DNA from: Verrucomicrobiota bacterium
GTDB lineage: Bacteria; Verrucomicrobiota; Kiritimatiellia; CAIQIC01; JAGNIJ01
DNA length: 64,000 nucleotides
Direction of reading: 5' to 3'
Assembly: GCA_043803015.1 (NCBI GenBank)
Contig: JAZDKK010000009.1
Coordinates: forward strand, 5,592-69,591
This document shows positions 28,141 through 37,400 of the stretch, in pieces (position 1 is the first letter of the stretch; every line of letters begins with the position of its first letter). Both the position numbers and the translations under genes were made by a program. The notes below the pieces were generated by a model. The model did no database searches. It was not told where the DNA came from and saw only the letters and a list, made by a program, of their open reading frames with translations.

Positions 28141-29739
28141 GTGGAAACCGACCTGTTCGAGCCCATCCAGCCCTCTCACGCGGATTGCCTGCGCGATGAA
28201 TCGCGCCGCGCGGGGAGGGCCGACACCGTTTCGTTCCCGCGAAGCGAGGACGACGTGCGCAGGGCGCTGGCCGAGTGCGCCGCCCGGAACCTCCGGATCA
28301 CGGTGCAGGGGGCGCGTACGGGCATCACCGGCGGCGCCGTCCCGGACGGCGGGCACATCCTGAATCTCAGCCGGATGAAGGCCGTCACGGCCTTTCGACG
28401 CGACCCGGAGGCGGACCGCTTCCTCGTGACCGTCCAGCCCGGCGTGCTGCTCGCCGACCTCAACAGGGGCCTGGAGACCTTTGAATTCGACGCGACCGGC
28501 TGGTCGGAGGCATCCAGGCAAGCGTGGTCCGACTTCCGCTCCGGCAAGCCGTACTTCTTCCCGCCCGATCCCACGGAGACCACGGCCTCGCTCGGCGGCA
28601 TGATCTCGTGCAACGCCTCGGGCGCCTGCTCCCTCCACTACGGCCCGACGCGGAAGTACGTGGCGGGGCTCCGGGTCGTGCTCGCCGACGGTTCGGCCGT
28701 CAGCCTGCGACGCGGGCAGCCGACGGCGCGGGGCCGCGCGTTCTCGCTGGCGGCCGGGGGCGGCCGGCGGATCGAGGGGCGCCTGCCTTCGTACGCCCTG
28801 CCGTCGGTCAAGAATGCCGCCGGCTACTTTGCCGCGGACGACATGGACCTGGTGGACCTCTTCATCGGATCGGAAGGCACGCTCGGCGTCGTGGCCGAGG
28901 CCGAGCTTCTGCTCGTTCCCGCGCCCGCCCTGCGGTGGGGAGTGACGGCGTTCTTCCCGGCCGAGCGGGACGCCGTCTCGTTTGTCCGGCGTATCCGCGG
29001 CGACCAGGGCGTGCCGGGGCCGGCGCCCGAGGCGCGGCCCGCGGCGATCGAGTTCTTCGATTGCCATGTGCTGGACCTGCTGCGGGGAAAGCGCGGCGCG
29101 TACGCCGTGCTGGCGGACACCCCCGAGGTTCCGCCCGGCTCGCACACGGCTGTCTACGCGGAGTATCACGAGGACGAGGAAGACGCCCTGATGGATGCCA
29201 TGGAAGTCCTTTCAGAGATCATCGTGGCCTGCCGCGGCGACGAGGCCGCCACGTGGACGGCGACCGACGCGCGGGAGATGAAACGCCTGCACGATTTCCG
29301 CCACGCCGTGCCGGAGGTCGTGAACTTGGTGATCGACGAGCGGCGGAAGCAGTTTCCGGACCTGACGAAGCTCGGCACGGACATGGCCGTGCCCGACGCC
29401 GAGCTCGAGAACGTCATGGCGCTGTATCACCGAGCGCTGGACGCCTCCGGTCTGGAGTACGTCCTGTTCGGGCACATCGGCGACAACCACGTCCACGTCA
29501 ACATCCTGCCGCGGAGCCACGATGAATACGAACTCGGCCGGAAGCTCTACCTGGATTGGGCGCGCGAAGTGATCCGCATGGGCGGCACGGTTTCCGCCGA
29601 GCACGGGATCGGCAAACTCAAGGTCGCCCTGCTCAAGGAGATGTACGGGGAGAAGGGGATCGTGGAGATGAAGGACGTCAAGCGGCTCTTCGATCCGGAG
29701 TTCAGGCTGAACCGGGGGAATCTGTTCGAGGTGAAGTGA
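28141..29739 (+). CDS. FAD-linked oxidoreductase (GlcD/D-lactate dehydrogenase family)
   Basis: QGARTGITGGAVP, FIGSEGTLG, GHIGDNHVH, AEHGIGK. Confidence 0.9.
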   Translation: METDLFEPIQPSHADCLRDESRRAGRADTVSFPRSEDDVRRALAECAARNLRITVQGARTGITGGAVPDGGHILNLSRMKAVTAFRRDPEADRFLVTVQPGVLLADLNRGLETFEFDATGWSEASRQAWSDFRSGKPYFFPPDPTETTASLGGMISCNASGACSLHYGPTRKYVAGLRVVLADGSAVSLRRGQPTARGRAFSLAAGGGRRIEGRLPSYALPSVKNAAGYFAADDMDLVDLFIGSEGTLGVVAEAELLLVPAPALRWGVTAFFPAERDAVSFVRRIRGDQGVPGPAPEARPAAIEFFDCHVLDLLRGKRGAYAVLADTPEVPPGSHTAVYAEYHEDEEDALMDAMEVLSEIIVACRGDEAATWTATDAREMKRLHDFRHAVPEVVNLVIDERRKQFPDLTKLGTDMAVPDAELENVMALYHRALDASGLEYVLFGHIGDNHVHVNILPRSHDEYELGRKLYLDWAREVIRMGGTVSAEHGIGKLKVALLKEMYGEKGIVEMKDVKRLFDPEFRLNRGNLFEVK

Positions 29740-29749
29740 TCGCTATTCA

Positions 29750-29803
29750 GGTAGGGCCGGCCCGCTGGGCCGGCCGCGGCCGAGGCGGCGCCTCGGCCCT
29801 ACC
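29750..29803. repeat. REPIN (two inverted GTAG-hairpin REPs)
   Basis: GGTAG-GGCCGGCCC-gct-GGGCCGGCC-gc-GGCCGAGGC-ggc-GCCTCGGCC-CTACC between convergent genes. Confidence 0.8.
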
Positions 29804-29812
29804 CGGCACCGC

Positions 29813-29986
29813 CTACTTGTCCTTCGGCGCCTTCTCCCCGAACTCCCCGTGGTGCAGTTCCGCGATGTCTTCGTCCGGGTGCGTCCAGTGGCGCCTGGAG
29901 GTCAGGACGCGGAAGAGGCACCAGGCGGTGCCGACGGCCACCACGCCCCAGCTCACAATCAGGAAAAGCCAGCCTGTCCATTTCAT
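29813..29986 (-). CDS. Small single-TM protein, putative NSS transporter accessory subunit
   Basis: 57 aa MKWTGWLFLIVSWGVV..., ATG overlaps the NSS stop (MetPS-like arrangement). Confidence 0.7.
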   Translation of the reverse strand: MKWTGWLFLIVSWGVVAVGTAWCLFRVLTSRRHWTHPDEDIAELHHGEFGEKAPKDK

Positions 29987-31527
29987 GACTTCACGAGCCC
30001 CCGTTTCTTCCAGCTCCCGCGGACCATCAGAAGGACCAGCGCCGTGGTGACCAGGATGAGGAGCCGGGCTGCCCAGTGCCAGGGCACGTGCTCGGGCTTC
30101 ACTCCCTTCAAGCTCAGGACGTCCCAGCCGCTCTGCCAGGCCCACGCGAGGAACACCACCAGGAGCACGACGGGAGTGACCCACGTCAGGATGTAGAAGA
30201 AGACCTTCGGCAGGCGGATTTCGGCGCCGATGTGGAGTTCCTCCCAAGCCTTCTTCGGCCCGAAGACCCACATGAAGATCACCGTTTCGATAAAGCCCAG
30301 CAGGGCCAGTCCCACCGTGCCGGCCCAGAAGTCCATCTCGTCCAGCGCCCCGGCCGCCAGGCCGAGCACGGGGATGTGGACGGCGACAAAGACGAACAGG
30401 CCGACGGCGGTGACCGCCTTCTTCCGGCTCCAGCCCAGCTCGTCCTGCAGGAAGGACACCGGTCCCTGGAGCAGGGCGACCGACGAGGTGATGCCGGCGA
30501 TGAAGAGGAGGAAGAACCAGATGGTTCCGAGGAGGCGTCCGGCGACGAGCTTCTGGAAGATGACCGGCATGGCCATGAAGCCAAGGTTAAACGCGCCGCC
30601 CTTGGCGATGGCCACCGTGGCGGCCAGCCCGAAGAACGCGTAGGCGATCGGGATGGCAATCGACCCGCCCAGGATGACCTCGGCGAACTCGTTGGTCATG
30701 GCCGTGGAGAGCCCGGTGACGACCACGTCGTCCCGGCGCCGCAGGTAGCTCGCGTAGCACGCCATGATGCCGAAGCCGACGCTCAGCGTGAAGAACACCT
30801 GGCCCGCCGCGGCCAGCCACACCTTCGCGTTGCGGAGCTGGGAGAAGTCGGGGTTCCAGATGAAGCCGAGTCCGCCCACCACGTTGTTCTCGGGGACGGC
30901 CGGGTCGGGGGCGCCCAGGGTGAGCACGCGCGCCAGCAGGACGAACGCGAAGACGAACAGCAGGGGCATGCCGACCACGGCCAGGCGTTCGATGCCCTTG
31001 GCGATGCCGCCGTAGAGCACGCCGAGGTTGACCAGCAGGGTCGCGACCAGGAACGCGTAAGCGGGCCAGGAGAAACTGATGGTGCCGGCGCCGGTGCCCT
31101 GGAAGCCGGACAGGAACTGGCCCATTTTCTCCGTGGTTGTCAGGCCGAAGTACTTGCCCGTCAGGGAGAAGAACGAATACGCGAGCGTCCAGGACTCGAT
31201 GTAGAGGTAGTAGATGCCGACGATGGTCGGCAGGATGATGCCCAGCGCGCCCACGTACTTGGCCAGCGGGTGTTTCCACAGGAGGTCGAACATCCCGGGC
31301 GTGGTGCCGTGGCCATGGCTTCCGCCGTATCGCCCCATGGCCCACTCGATCCACATGAGCGGGATGCCGAGCACGAGCAGGCAGACGAAGTAGGGGATCA
31401 TGAACGCTCCGCCGCCGTTCTGCGCGGCTTGGACGGGGAAGCGCAGGAAATTGCCGAGGCCGATGGCGTTGCCCGCCATGGCCATGATGACGCCCCACCG
31501 GGTCAGCCAGACGTCCCGTTGTTTCAG
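29983..31527 (-). CDS. Sodium-dependent transporter, NSS/SNF (LeuT) family
   Basis: GNAIGLGNFLRFP, GGGAFMIPY, WLAAAGQVFFTLSVGFG; probable CTG start after GGAGGT. Confidence 0.93.
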   Translation of the reverse strand: MKQRDVWLTRWGVIMAMAGNAIGLGNFLRFPVQAAQNGGGAFMIPYFVCLLVLGIPLMWIEWAMGRYGGSHGHGTTPGMFDLLWKHPLAKYVGALGIILPTIVGIYYLYIESWTLAYSFFSLTGKYFGLTTTEKMGQFLSGFQGTGAGTISFSWPAYAFLVATLLVNLGVLYGGIAKGIERLAVVGMPLLFVFAFVLLARVLTLGAPDPAVPENNVVGGLGFIWNPDFSQLRNAKVWLAAAGQVFFTLSVGFGIMACYASYLRRRDDVVVTGLSTAMTNEFAEVILGGSIAIPIAYAFFGLAATVAIAKGGAFNLGFMAMPVIFQKLVAGRLLGTIWFFLLFIAGITSSVALLQGPVSFLQDELGWSRKKAVTAVGLFVFVAVHIPVLGLAAGALDEMDFWAGTVGLALLGFIETVIFMWVFGPKKAWEELHIGAEIRLPKVFFYILTWVTPVVLLVVFLAWAWQSGWDVLSLKGVKPEHVPWHWAARLLILVTTALVLLMVRGSWKKRGLVKS

Positions 31528-31587
31528 AGTGCCACCTCCAAGGTCTCCGTGCCCGACTATAGTAAAACGCTCCCTTGTGTCAAAGTT

Positions 31588-31653
31588 GTAGCGGCCGGGC
31601 TGCGCCCGGCCGTTCTGCGGGCCGCCCACCTTCGCCAAGGCTTCGGCGGGCGA
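31588..31653. repeat. GTAG-hairpin REP followed by a CTTCGC-N-GCTTCG palindrome
   Basis: GTAG-CGGCCGGGC-tgc-GCCCGGCCG then CCCACCTTCGCCAAGGCTTCGGCGGG. Confidence 0.7.
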
Positions 31654-31673
31654 GCAGGCCGCTTGCGCATTTG

Positions 31674-31714
31674 TTGATCCGAATAAAGGAAGACCGCCGG
31701 AGATGAGGTATAGT
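31674..31714 (+). promoter_or_regulatory. CRP/FNR-family (FNR/HcpR-like) box with class II promoter of hcp
   Basis: TTGAT-CCGA-ATAAA (9/10 to TTGAT-N4-ATCAA) centred about 41 nt upstream of the start implied by TATAGT at 31709-31714. Confidence 0.65.
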
Positions 31715-31760
31715 AGCGTGGTAGTTTGGAAGAGGACACGGACATGACCGGAGGTAATGG

Positions 31761-33416
31761 ATGAGCATGTTCTGCTATCAGTGCGAGCAAACGGCCAAGG
31801 GGACGGGGTGCAACTACCTCGGCATTTGCGGGAAGGAGCCGGAAACGGCGGCCCTTCAGGACCTGCTGGTGCACGCGGCCAAAGGCATCGCGATGTACGC
31901 CTACCGTGCGCGGAAGCTGGGTGTCACCGATCGGACAGTCAACACGTTCACCTTGGAAGCGCTGTTCACCACGGTCACCAACGTCAACTTCGACCTCAAG
32001 CGCCTGCACGGCTTGCTGATCAAGGCTTCGGAGGTGCTCCAGCTCGTCAGGAAGCATTACACCGACGCCATCGTTGAGACGGGCGAGGCCCCCGAAAAGC
32101 TGCAGGGGCCGGCACACTGGGTCCCCGCGCCGACCGTCGAAGGGCTGATCAAGCAGGCGGAAGAGGTCTCCATCCCGGCGCGCATGGGGAAGCTTGGGCC
32201 CGACGTCACCGGCCTGCAGGAGCTGCTCCTCTACGGACTCAAGGGCACGGCCGCCTACGCGGACCACGCCATGGTCCTCGGCGTCGAGGACGACAGCGTG
32301 TATGCCTTCTTCCACGAGGCGCTCGATGTCCTCACGCGGCCGAATCCGACGGCGGAGGAACTGCTGGCCCTATCGCTCCGGTGCGGCGAGGTCAACCTGA
32401 AGGTGATGGGCATGCTCGACCGGGCGAACACCGGCGCGTACGGGAACCCCAAGCCGACCAAGGTCCGCATTACGCCGGTGAAGGGCAAGGCCATCCTCGT
32501 GTCGGGTCATGATCTGAGGGATCTTGCGGAACTGCTCCAGCAGACCGAGGGCACGGGCATCAATGTCTACACGCACGGGGAGATGCTGCCGGCCCACGGC
32601 TACCCGAAGCTCAAGAAGCACCAGCACCTCGCCGGCAACTACGGGGGCGCCTGGCAGGACCAGCAGAAGGAATTCGACGCCTTTCCCGGCGCGATCCTGA
32701 TGACCACGAACTGCATCCAGAAACCGCGGGACACGTACCAAGGGCGCATTTTCACCAGCGGGCTGGTGGCCTGGCCGGACGTGGTCCACATCGCGGACCG
32801 CAACTTCAAGCCCGTGATCGATGCGGCGCTCGCGGCCGAGGGCTTCAAGGCCACCGAGCCGAACAAGGAGATCACGGTCGGCTTCGGGCACCACGCGGTC
32901 CTAGGCGTGGCGGACAAGGTGGTCGAGGCCGTGAAGGCGGGGGCCATCCGGCGCTTCTTCCTGATCGGCGGCTGCGACGGCGCCAAGCCCGGCCGGAACT
33001 ACTTCACCGAGTTCGCCGAAGCCGTGCCGAAGGACTGCGTGATCCTGACGCTCGCCTGCGGGAAGTACCGCTTCAACAAACTGGACTTCGGCGAGGTCGC
33101 GGGTATCCCGAGGCTCCTGGACTGCGGCCAGTGCAACGACGCCTACTCTGCGGTCCAGATCGCCAGCGCTCTGGCCAAGGCGTTCAACTGCGGCGTCAAC
33201 GATCTGCCCCTTTCGCTGGTGATTTCGTGGTACGAGCAGAAGGCGGTCTGCGTCCTCCTGTCCCTGCTTCACCTGGGGATCCGCAACATCCGGCTCGGCC
33301 CGAGCCTGCCGGCGTTCGTGACCCCGGCCGTCCTGAAGGTGCTGAAGGAGAAATTCAACCTGATGCCGATCACGTCGGCGAAGAACGACCTGGAGGCGTG
33401 CCTGGCGAAGGCGTGA
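31761..33416 (+). CDS. hcp: Hybrid cluster protein (hydroxylamine reductase)
   Basis: MFCYQCEQT...C...CGK, THGEMLPAH, GGCDG, GQCNDAYS, SWYEQKA. Confidence 0.97.
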   Translation: MSMFCYQCEQTAKGTGCNYLGICGKEPETAALQDLLVHAAKGIAMYAYRARKLGVTDRTVNTFTLEALFTTVTNVNFDLKRLHGLLIKASEVLQLVRKHYTDAIVETGEAPEKLQGPAHWVPAPTVEGLIKQAEEVSIPARMGKLGPDVTGLQELLLYGLKGTAAYADHAMVLGVEDDSVYAFFHEALDVLTRPNPTAEELLALSLRCGEVNLKVMGMLDRANTGAYGNPKPTKVRITPVKGKAILVSGHDLRDLAELLQQTEGTGINVYTHGEMLPAHGYPKLKKHQHLAGNYGGAWQDQQKEFDAFPGAILMTTNCIQKPRDTYQGRIFTSGLVAWPDVVHIADRNFKPVIDAALAAEGFKATEPNKEITVGFGHHAVLGVADKVVEAVKAGAIRRFFLIGGCDGAKPGRNYFTEFAEAVPKDCVILTLACGKYRFNKLDFGEVAGIPRLLDCGQCNDAYSAVQIASALAKAFNCGVNDLPLSLVISWYEQKAVCVLLSLLHLGIRNIRLGPSLPAFVTPAVLKVLKEKFNLMPITSAKNDLEACLAKA

Positions 33417-33417
33417 C

Positions 33418-34275
33418 ATGAGAAGGACGATCATCACCATCGACGAAGAACTGTGCAACGGCTGCGGCGCGTGCATCACGGCCTGCGCCGAAGGCGCCCT
33501 GAAGCTGGTGGACGGCAAGGCCAAGCTCGTCAAGGAGCAGTTCTGCGACGGATTCGGCGACTGCATCGGCGAGTGCCCGACGGGCGCGCTGAAGATCGAG
33601 GAGAAGGACGTGCCGGACTACGACCCCGCCGCCACGCGTCAGCACGTCGCCAAGACAGGAGGAAAGGAAGCCGTGAAGAAGTTTGATGAAGCCGCGGAGC
33701 ACCATGCCGCCTCTGTACCCGGGGGCGCTGACCCCGGCAGGCCGCGCTCAGCGAGCGCGGCTACAGGACTGCATACGCATGGTCCGACGGGTGGGGGCTG
33801 TCCCGGCACGCGCACGCGCATGTCGAACGAGAAGCCGACCGCGGCGGCGACGCCGACAGGCTCCGGCTTTCCGGCGCAGGTGAATGCCTCGGAGCTGAGG
33901 CAATGGCCGATCCAGATCCACCTTGTCCAGCCCGGCGCGCCGTTTTTCCTGTACAAGGAACTCGTGGTCATGAGCACGTGCGGCCCGCTGGCCAGCGCCG
34001 ACGTGCACTGGCGTTTCCTGCGAGGGCGGTCCGTGGTCGTCGGCTGTCCGAAGCTCGACGACACGACCGGCTACGTCGAGAAGCTGGGCGCGATCCTGGC
34101 GGAGCCGTCCATCCCCAAGGTCATCGTGGTGCGGATGGAGGTGCCGTGCTGTGGGGGACTGACGGCGACCGTGGAGGAGGCGGCCCGCGCCAGCGGGCGT
34201 CAGGATCTGGAGATTGAGGAAGTGGTCATCGGCCTCCAAGGCGATATCCTGGAAGCGAAACCCCTTTCAGCCTGA
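33418..34275 (+). CDS. 4Fe-4S ferredoxin-domain protein (hcp-associated)
   Basis: CNGCGACITAC, CDGFGDCIGECP, GGCPG, QWPIQI, GCPKLD, RMEVPCCGG. Confidence 0.88.
   Translation: MRRTIITIDEELCNGCGACITACAEGALKLVDGKAKLVKEQFCDGFGDCIGECPTGALKIEEKDVPDYDPAATRQHVAKTGGKEAVKKFDEAAEHHAASVPGGADPGRPRSASAATGLHTHGPTGGGCPGTRTRMSNEKPTAAATPTGSGFPAQVNASELRQWPIQIHLVQPGAPFFLYKELVVMSTCGPLASADVHWRFLRGRSVVVGCPKLDDTTGYVEKLGAILAEPSIPKVIVVRMEVPCCGGLTATVEEAARASGRQDLEIEEVVIGLQGDILEAKPLSA
33713..33766. repeat. REPIN inserted in frame (54 bp) inside the Fe-S protein gene
   Basis: CTGTAC-CCGGGG-gcgctga-CCCCGG-cag-GCCGCGCTC-agc-GAGCGCGGC-TACAG. Confidence 0.65.
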
Positions 34276-34339
34276 GCTGGGATTCCGCAAGGAAACCGGC
34301 CTCATTGTCACGTTTGTTGGGCAGATCGCCCTTTTCCCC

Positions 34340-34368
34340 TTGCATTTGGCAAACGTTTGCGCGATACT
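34340..34368 (+). promoter_or_regulatory. Sigma70 promoter with LacI-family operator in the spacer
   Basis: TTGCAT-17-GATACT with perfect palindrome GCAAACGTTTGC at 34349-34360. Confidence 0.65.
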
Positions 34369-34443
34369 GCCACCATCCTCCTCCTGCTGGGGGTCCGCGG
34401 GTGCGGGACGAGGACGTTGGTCCGGAGTAGTCCTGTCCGTTCC

Positions 34444-37400
34444 ATGAAGTCCTGCATCGACGGGTCACGGGGGTGGGTGTGCGCCGCGGCGTCTATCGTC
34501 GTGTCATCGGCGCTTGCCGCCGCTGCGCCGGCAGCGGACTTCGCCGTGGCGGCCGTACCCAGCAACGCCGACCTCCGGCTGGAGTATGACGCGGATACGA
34601 ATTCCTACTACCGCATCCAGGCCGCGGACTCCCTGACCGGAACGTGGTCCGTGCTCGATTTCCAGCTCGGGGCGAGCGACTTCATGTCGTGGATGCAGCC
34701 GGGCGTCATCTCGACCACCGAGTGCCGGTTCTACCGCATCGGGAGAGTGCCCCTGACCAACTCCCTCGACTACGACGCCGACCACCTCGGCGACGCCTAC
34801 GAACTCAGCCATCCCTCGTTTGACCTGCGCGACCGCGACATGGACAGCGACGGCCTGCTGGACGGCGACGAGGTCCTGGCCTTCGACACCTCTGCTTTCA
34901 GCCCCTACAGCGGCGCGTCCGTTCAGTACACGTTCGCGACGAACGACCAGGGGTGGGGGGCGGACACAGGCGCGTACGGCACCGCCTTCGTCACGTGGAG
35001 CACGGAGGGAAAGCCCGCCGGCGGCCCCCTGGCAGTCCTGCCGGCCGTCGGCTCCGGGTACGGCGACTACTACATCAAGGACGGCGATCTCCTGAACAAC
35101 CAGGATGTCGTGGCTCGGCCCATCTACCGTGCCTGGTTCTTCATTCCGGCGGACGCCCCCTCCGGGGCGGTCCGGGTCCAGCCGTGGGTCAAATCCACCG
35201 CGGACGGCTGGCTGGCCCACTACGACACCAACTTCCACACGCTCCAGCCGGGCCAGTGGACCCTCGTTTCGTGGGACATGTTGCCGACCGTCAGCACGCA
35301 GGTGCTCGCCGACGTGGACGAGTGGGCCGTCAAGATCGTCTGGGACAACCGGACCACGTGGGACGGCACGGTCCTGCTGGACACGGTCCACACGATGCCC
35401 TACCTGCCTGCCACCAACCTTCCGCCGCTGATCACCTCGGTGTCGCCCTCCTCCGGCACGGTCCCGCGGTACGAGAAGTTCGAGCTCACGGTGGGGCTGA
35501 CCAACGTGTACGGCCTGAACCCGTACGATCCGGCCGACGTCGACGTCGAGGCAACGTTCACGTCGCCGTCGGGCGCGGTACGGCGGGTCTGGGGCTTCTA
35601 CATGGAGGACGAGAGCGAGAGCTACGGGCACGGCGGCTGGCGCGTGCGCTTCGCGCCGAACGAGGTGGGGACCTGGAGCTACCAGGTCCGCGTCAGCAAC
35701 CGCTACGGGACCAACACGGCCTCGTCCTCGACGTTCGAGTGCACGGCGGGGAGCCATCACGGCCCGATCCGGGTGTCCGCGGATGACTCCCACTACCTGG
35801 AGCACCAGGACGGGACGCCGTTCTACGGCATCGGCTACTGCCGGCCCTACGCCGCCGACGACGAGGGGCTGTTCGCCGACGCGCGCGAGCACGGCGTCAA
35901 CCTCCTGCACTGGTGGATGGCCCCGTGGGACACGCTCCTGACCGTGAAGGCCACGGTGCCGGGGCGGGAGAACTCGACGTTCTACTCCTACGAGCAGGGC
36001 AGGGCGCGCGAGATCGACCAGGTCGTCCGGCACGCCGAGACCTACGGCGTGAAACTGGTGTTCACGATCTGGACCCATGACGCGCTGCGGGACTTCAACT
36101 ACCACGCGTGGCGCAAGAACGGCAGCTGGCAGAAGGCGTTCGACTGGAAGAACAACGAGCCGGAGGAGTACATCAACGCCTTCAGCCTCCTGGACGACCC
36201 GTCGATGAACCAGAAGTTCTTCCACGACGCGAAGTACCTGCGGTACCAGGATCAGCTCTACCGGTACATCATCGCGCGCTGGGGCTACAGCGAGGGGATC
36301 GGCCTCTGGAACCTCGCCTCGGAGCTGTACGGGACGTACGCCAACTCCCTCAAGTGTGTCCGCTGGCAGGACCCCCTCTACGTGACCAACAAGAACGCCC
36401 TCACGGGCCTGGACCCGTACCAGAACATGGACACGAACCAGGTGGACGGTTGCGACTACACGCTTTCGTGGATCACCTACATCCACGACTTCTTCAAGAC
36501 GAACGACCCCTACGGCCACCCCACCACGGCGTGCAACGAGACGGACGAGTACTGGGACGACGGCTTCGCGATCGTCGACGTCCCGCAGATCCACGCCTAC
36601 TCGGAAAGCTACAGCTGGGTGACCCCGCCGATCATGATCCACAAGTACCAGCGGCACATGGGCGAAGGCTTCAACAAGCCCGCGTTCCTCGGGGAGACGG
36701 GCTCGTGGAAGTGGCAGACCTACCAGCCCGACTTCCTCCGCGCCTGCATCTGGCCCGCGCTGTGCTCCGGCGCGGCGGTGACGCCCATGATGTGGACGGT
36801 CCCTCCGTTCGGCCGCTACTGCGACCCGGTGATGGGCCCGTGGCTCGACGACATGGCCGACGAGGCGTTCCTGTTCTCGCGGTTCATCCAGGGCATCGAC
36901 TTCCCGCGCCTGCACCTGATGGAGGCGGACGTGCGCGCGGTCGACACCAGCGAGCCGTCGCCGAACCTGCTCGAGAGCTTCGAGAGCGGAGTCAACACCA
37001 ACTGGCACATGTTCGGCACCGGCATCACGTCGATCGCGTGGAGCAGCGCCTACAGCACGCACGGGACCAACAGCCTGCGGATGAACATCGACATGGGCCC
37101 CTGGTCGGTCACGACGAACCCCGCGTCCGGCGTCGAGATCACGACCCTGGACCTGGACTGGGCGGCCTACTGGCCGGACGGGACGCTCCGCGTGGACCTG
37201 TACATCCCGGAGTTCTACCACCCCACCAACAACCCGGACGGGTTCCTCAAGGGCATCAACCGCGACCCCCGGGCGGTCGTCGAGATCGCGGCCGAGCGCG
37301 AGTCCGATCACCAGTGGAACTGGTATTCGACGAGGGCGGAATACGCCGCCGAGCACAACGGATGGAAGAAGCTGACCGTCGGCATGCTGTACAACCTCGA

